From Eubacteriales bacterium (lineage in GTDB: Bacteria > Bacillota > Clostridia > Oscillospirales > CAG-382), in contig JAZSLS010000035.1 of the NCBI GenBank assembly GCA_045535465.1, positions 1 to 49,068 of the forward strand: DNA of 49,068 nt. The letters are read 5' to 3'. The notes beneath the pieces are model-generated. The model made no database searches. It saw only the letters and a program-made list of their open reading frames with translations, and was not told where the DNA came from. The stretch's first letter is position 1, and each line of letters opens with the position of its first letter. Both the position numbers and the translations under genes were made by a program. Below are positions 45,266 through 49,068 of this stretch, one piece after another.

Positions 45266-46276
45266 GTGAAAAGAATAGGGAACCTATACGACAGGATATG
45301 CGACCTTGCAAACTTGCAGCTTGCGGACGAAAAAGCCCGCAAGGGAAAACTTCGTACCTACGGAGTCCGCGAACACGACAAGAACAGGGAAGCAAACCTA
45401 TTGAAGCTGCGCGAAGACTTGCTTAACGGTACCTACAAAACAAGTAAGTACGAGATATTTACTATTTACGAACCGAAGGAACGGGAAATATACCGTTTGC
45501 CGTATTACCCCGACAGGATATTACACCACGCTATAATGAACGTATTAGAGCCTATTTGGGTTTCGATATTCACGGCGGACACTTATAGCTGTATAAAGAA
45601 TAGGGGTATTCACGCAGCCGCCAAGAAGGTAAAGAAGGCGTTAAATGACGACCCGGAAGGGACTAAGTACTGCCTTAAAATAGATATACGCAAATTCTAC
45701 CCTACAATAGACCACGACATATTAAAGGAAGTGATACGTAGGAAAATAAAGGACGTACGACTATTAGCCCTTCTTGACGAAATTATAGATTCCGCCGACG
45801 GCGTACCTATTGGGAATTACCTAAGCCAATACTTTGCGAACCTCTACCTTTCCTACTTCGACCATTGGATAAAGGAAACGGCTAAGGTAAAGTATTACTT
45901 TCGATACGCGGACGACATAGTAATACTATCTTCCAGCAAGCAGGAACTACACGCCCTTCTAAGGGAGATACAGGCGTATATGAAGACTTTGAAGCTGGAA
46001 GTTAAAAGTAATTGGCAGGTATTCCCTACCGACGCGCGCGGTATTGACTTCGTAGGGTTTGTATTCTTCCATACGCATACACGGATGCGGAAAGGGATAA
46101 AGCAGACTTTCTGCCGCAAGTTAGCACGGATAAACAAGCGGAAGAAACCTTACGACCCTAAGGAGTTCAAGCAGGCCATTTGCCCGTGGTGGGGCTGGGC
46201 GAAGTTTTGCGATAGCAGAAATTTAATTAACAAACTTCAAAAGAAAAGTAAGTATGAAATCAAATTCAAACGTTAG
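45266..46276 (+). CDS. DGR reverse transcriptase
   Basis: YLSQ in GVPIGNYLSQYFANLYL (DGR-type), RYADD catalytic motif, KIDIRKFY and GIDFVG; likely start GTG 45266 (MKRIGNLY); the ORF track starts at 45188. Confidence 0.95.
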   Translation: MKRIGNLYDRICDLANLQLADEKARKGKLRTYGVREHDKNREANLLKLREDLLNGTYKTSKYEIFTIYEPKEREIYRLPYYPDRILHHAIMNVLEPIWVSIFTADTYSCIKNRGIHAAAKKVKKALNDDPEGTKYCLKIDIRKFYPTIDHDILKEVIRRKIKDVRLLALLDEIIDSADGVPIGNYLSQYFANLYLSYFDHWIKETAKVKYYFRYADDIVILSSSKQELHALLREIQAYMKTLKLEVKSNWQVFPTDARGIDFVGFVFFHTHTRMRKGIKQTFCRKLARINKRKKPYDPKEFKQAICPWWGWAKFCDSRNLINKLQKKSKYEIKFKR

Positions 46277-46616
46277 ACCCGATATTATTGTAGACTTGGG
46301 TAACGGAAGCTTCCATTACAACTACAACATCAAAGAAGTAGAGGTACCAGCTACCGAGGAAAGACCAGCAAGAACGGAATACAAATACGAAACCGTACAG
46401 GTTTGGGGGAACCCTACCTACGACAAGTGCGTAAAGGCCGTTCTGCGCGACAGGCGCGACGAAACGGAAGAATTTAGCCTTATCAATAAGTACAACGCCT
46501 TTACCCTTGGGCTTTCGTCCGACGAAGCAGACAAGGCAGAATACGAAGACTACCTTAGGGAAGTTCTCGACGTAAAGGCTATGGTAAAGGCCGACCTTGC
46601 CGCGGCAGGAGTATAA
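46254..46616 (+). CDS. Phage hypothetical protein
   Basis: 120 aa, overlapping the RT stop. Confidence 0.7.
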   Translation: MKSNSNVRPDIIVDLGNGSFHYNYNIKEVEVPATEERPARTEYKYETVQVWGNPTYDKCVKAVLRDRRDETEEFSLINKYNAFTLGLSSDEADKAEYEDYLREVLDVKAMVKADLAAAGV

Positions 46617-46635
46617 ACCCTAAAACGGAAAGGCT

Positions 46636-47118
46636 ATGGTAAACTTTTTAGAATTGATAGGCCCGCAACTTCTTATAGTAGCCTGCCTATACGCCCTTAT
46701 TCTATTTGTTGTATTCCTTGACCTTTTGGCAGGAATACGCAAGGCGAAGCAAAGGGGAGAATATCGGTCTTCCTACGGCCTACGCAAAACGGTAGACAAG
46801 ATTTGCCGGTACTATAATATGGTTCTTGTAATTACAGCCATTGACATAGTGCAGATGTTAGCCGTAGTGGAGCTTAACCCGCAGACCAGCCACATGCTAC
46901 CGGTGTTGCCGTTCTTTACCTTCCTTGGGGCAATTTTCGTCGGCTTTATTGAGTTGAAAAGCATTTACGAAAAGAGCGAAGACAAGGAACAGGCGAAAAT
47001 AAAGGACGCGGCTAAAATGTTGGCGCAGGTATTACAGCATAAGGACAAAAGCGAGTTAGTAGCCGGCTTCCTTGAATATATTAAGAAGGAAAAGAAGGAG
47101 GGCGGAAATGATACTTAA
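46636..47118 (+). CDS. Holin
   Basis: Hydrophobic segments with DLLAGIRKA...SYGLRKTVDK...ELKSIYE motif; upstream of the lysin candidate. Confidence 0.8.
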   Translation: MVNFLELIGPQLLIVACLYALILFVVFLDLLAGIRKAKQRGEYRSSYGLRKTVDKICRYYNMVLVITAIDIVQMLAVVELNPQTSHMLPVLPFFTFLGAIFVGFIELKSIYEKSEDKEQAKIKDAAKMLAQVLQHKDKSELVAGFLEYIKKEKKEGGNDT

Positions 47119-47536
47119 ACTTAAACGCCGATTTTTCGGGGAAACCTACACTATTGGAACCCTATATATTGACGGGGAAAGGTTCTGCGACACTTTGGAA
47201 GACAGGAACCGCGACCTTGACCGAAGCGGTAAATTCGAGGGCGACGAAAAGAAGGTTTACAGCCAAACGGCTATACCCTTCGGAACCTACGACGTAGTGG
47301 TAAACTATTCGGCAAAGTTCAAACGTAAACTACCAAGGCTTATTAACGTTCCACACTTTGAAGGAATTTTAATACACCGCGGAAACACCTCCAAAGATTC
47401 GGCGGGGTGCATTTTAGTAGGCGAAAATAAGGTAAAGGGGAAGGTTATAAATTCAACTTCTTACGAAGTGGAGCTTACCAAACGCCTAACAGCTGCACAA
47501 AACCGGAAAGAAAAAATTATAATTGAAGTAGTATGA
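47108..47536 (+). CDS. DUF5675-like protein (putative endolysin)
   Basis: TIGTLYIDG..FCDTLE, TAIP.GTY, GILIH.GN..DSAGCILVG; located between holin and spanin-like genes. Confidence 0.75.
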   Translation: MILKLKRRFFGETYTIGTLYIDGERFCDTLEDRNRDLDRSGKFEGDEKKVYSQTAIPFGTYDVVVNYSAKFKRKLPRLINVPHFEGILIHRGNTSKDSAGCILVGENKVKGKVINSTSYEVELTKRLTAAQNRKEKIIIEVV

Positions 47537-48225
47537 AACGAAAATTTCTATTCTTAGTAATTCTTGCCTTTTTGCTTTTCGGCCTAACCGGTTGCGGTTC
47601 TTTGCGTAAGGCGCAAAAGGTAGAAACCAGCAGGCAGGAAACAACGCAAGTAGAGAAACGGCGAACCCAAAAGGCAGCAGCCACCGAGAACACAGCGGAA
47701 GCACAGGTAACAGACGCTACCAGCATTATTGACGCTATAATGAGTTCAGCGACGGAAATAACATATACAAAGGTGGAGTATTTTCCGCCCTTGGAACTTC
47801 CCGACCTTCCGCAAAGACAGGATACGGAAGCCGCTGCAGCAGAAGTGCCGGAAAAGACACAGGTCAGAAAACCGGAAGCCAGCCAAGCGAAGCCGCCCGA
47901 CGCGCCCCAAGGAGCTATTAAAAGTATAGAAACCTACGCGATTAAGCACGGAGAAACGGCGAAGGCCATAAAGAAGGATTCCACCCATATAGACACCAAG
48001 AAGGAAGGAACCACGAAAGCCGAAACCGAAGTACAGGAAGAAGTGACTACCGAAACCGAAGTACAGGAAGATGTCAGCACGGAACCGGCGAAAGACCCTT
48101 ACCGCTGGCGTTATATTCTTGGAATTGTAATTATACTTGCCGTTGTGCTTATAGGCGCGTACTTCGTTCTACGGAAAAGTAAGATTTTGGGCGGGATTCT
48201 TGCCACGATAAGGAAGATTTTTTAG
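47533..48225 (+). CDS. Lipoprotein with C-terminal transmembrane helix (unimolecular spanin-like)
   Basis: Signal peptide ending FGLTGC, charged middle region, C-terminal YILGIVIILAVVLIGAYFVL. Confidence 0.65.
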   Translation: MKRKFLFLVILAFLLFGLTGCGSLRKAQKVETSRQETTQVEKRRTQKAAATENTAEAQVTDATSIIDAIMSSATEITYTKVEYFPPLELPDLPQRQDTEAAAAEVPEKTQVRKPEASQAKPPDAPQGAIKSIETYAIKHGETAKAIKKDSTHIDTKKEGTTKAETEVQEEVTTETEVQEDVSTEPAKDPYRWRYILGIVIILAVVLIGAYFVLRKSKILGGILATIRKIF

Positions 48226-48232
48226 CACGAAA

Positions 48233-48278
48233 AAACCCGAAAAGGCCCTAAATTGGGTTCCTTTTCGGGTTTCCTTTT
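48233..48278 (+). terminator. Terminator at the end of the late/lysis operon
   Basis: aaacccgaaaagg (48233-48245) / ccttttcgggttt (48260-48272), followed by cctttt. Confidence 0.6.
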
Positions 48279-48306
48279 GCTAAATCATTGAAAATCAATG
48301 TTTATC

Positions 48307-48319
48307 GCGGAGAGGGAGG
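48307..48319. repeat. att core, right copy (GCGGAGAGGGAGG), within tRNA-Ser 3' end
   Basis: 12/13 identical to 1117-1129. Confidence 0.88.
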
Positions 48320-48392
48320 GATTCGAACCCCCGGTACCTCTCAGTACGTCGGTTTTCAAGACCGGTGCAATCGACCACTCTGCCACCTCTCC
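48308..48392 (-). tRNA. tRNA-Ser (anticodon TGA)
   Basis: GGAGAGGTGGCAGAGTGGTCGATTGCACCGGTCTTGAAAACCGACGTACTGAGAGGTACCGGGGGTTCGAATCCCTCCCTCTCCG; long variable arm; CCA not encoded; -7 element TACCTTTG at 48446-48439. Confidence 0.96.
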
Positions 48393-48637
48393 AAGGTCTT
48401 TTTTAATGCGGGAATGTGGTCTTTCCCGTTTGATGGTGCAAAGGTATATCAAAAAATTGTCTTGCGCAAGAAAATCGAATAAAAAAATATATGTAGGCTG
48501 ATTTTTTGCATTTGCTTTGCCGAATGATAATAATTAATGTTATTTTTGTCTTTAATGCTGTATGAATATGTTTTATTCGGATTTCAATCAACTTTTAGTG
48601 CCGTTGCAGCAGGCGACTGCGTAAATTTGACCTTATA

Positions 48638-49068
48638 ATGAAAATCGGTTTTGACGGAAAGCGCGCTGCGCAGAATTTTACAGGGCTCGGTAACTACAGC
48701 CGTTATGCGCTCGAAGCGCTTCAGCAATATTACCCCGGTGAGGAGTATCGTGTGTATATTCCAAAGGATGTTGACAATCCAAAGTTCAAGGCTATTCTTG
48801 AGGCTTCGAACGGCGCGATGACGAGAGTGCTTCCAGTCGGCAAGATGGCGCGCAAGTTCAAGTCGCTTTGGCGTGTGTGGGGCGTGACAAAAAACCTTGC
48901 AGCCGACGGAGTGCAGGTGTATCACGGACTCAGCAATGAATTGCCGCTTAATATACGTTCGGCTTCTCCGGCGGTGAAGAGTGTTGTCACGGTGCACGAT
49001 ATAATATTCAGGCGTCTGCCCGGGTGCTATCCGCCCATCGACCGCAAGATATATGATTACAAGTTCCG
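48638..49068 (+). CDS. Host glycosyltransferase (GT4-like), runs off right edge
   Basis: Manual translation MKIGFDGKRAAQNFTGLGNYSRY...YHGLSNELP...VVTVHDIIF. Confidence 0.85.
   Translation, partial: MKIGFDGKRAAQNFTGLGNYSRYALEALQQYYPGEEYRVYIPKDVDNPKFKAILEASNGAMTRVLPVGKMARKFKSLWRVWGVTKNLAADGVQVYHGLSNELPLNIRSASPAVKSVVTVHDIIFRRLPGCYPPIDRKIYDYKF

Larger units (their letters stand above)
1117..48319. mobile_element. Temperate prophage (siphovirus-like, Bacteroidales) integrated at tRNA-Ser, carrying a DGR
   Basis: Flanking 13-bp att cores, integrase at the left end, repressor, terminase, portal, capsid, tail tube, tape measure and lysis genes, with no obvious large disruption. Confidence 0.95.

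Noticed and set aside
45188-46276. Group II intron, retron or Abi-type reverse transcriptase
   Set aside because: Short RT with the SQ motif, no maturase or endonuclease domain, and an adjacent TR with adenine-only VR mismatches identify it as a DGR RT.
5427-47988. Numerous minus-strand ORFs nested in long plus-strand phage genes (e.g. 6585-7403, 18717-19289, 31854-32396, 44056-44577)
   Set aside because: Antisense shadows of well-supported genes, with no recognisable motifs or expression signals.
48288-48997. ORF-track entries 48288-48482, 48298-48501, 48403-48591, 48584-48997
   Set aside because: They overlap the tRNA-Ser gene or are antisense to the glycosyltransferase starting at 48638.

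Overview
Most of the window (about 1117-48319, roughly 47.2 kb) is an apparently intact temperate siphovirus-like prophage of a Bacteroidales-type host. It is integrated at the 3' end of a tRNA-Ser(TGA) gene (48308-48392, minus strand), bounded by a 13-bp att core with one mismatch. Host flanks are a DUF1295-like membrane protein gene on the left and a GT4-like glycosyltransferase gene on the right. Modules in order: tyrosine integrase and repressor switch; early recombination and replication genes; nucleic-acid modification genes; packaging, head and tail genes; a diversity-generating retroelement (DGR); lysis genes. Most notable observations: (1) a self-contained promoter-RNA-terminator unit encoding a tRNA-Lys(UUU)-like but apparently non-chargeable RNA, facing the 3' end of a MuF head protein with a nuclease-toxin-like C-terminal extension and no same-strand immunity ORF, i.e. 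a candidate RNA-decoy antitoxin system; (2) a DGR whose single template repeat diversifies two genes, the adjacent tail/receptor-binding gene and a small cytoplasmic early gene about 35 kb away, with every mismatch at a template adenine; (3) next to that remote target, a phage protein carrying a segment resembling Bacteroidetes RpoB; (4) an RlmN/Cfr-like radical SAM enzyme; (5) an iteron-like array lying far from the replication gene; (6) a shared palindromic operator at the late promoters. Protein family names come from motif recognition by eye, not from database searches.
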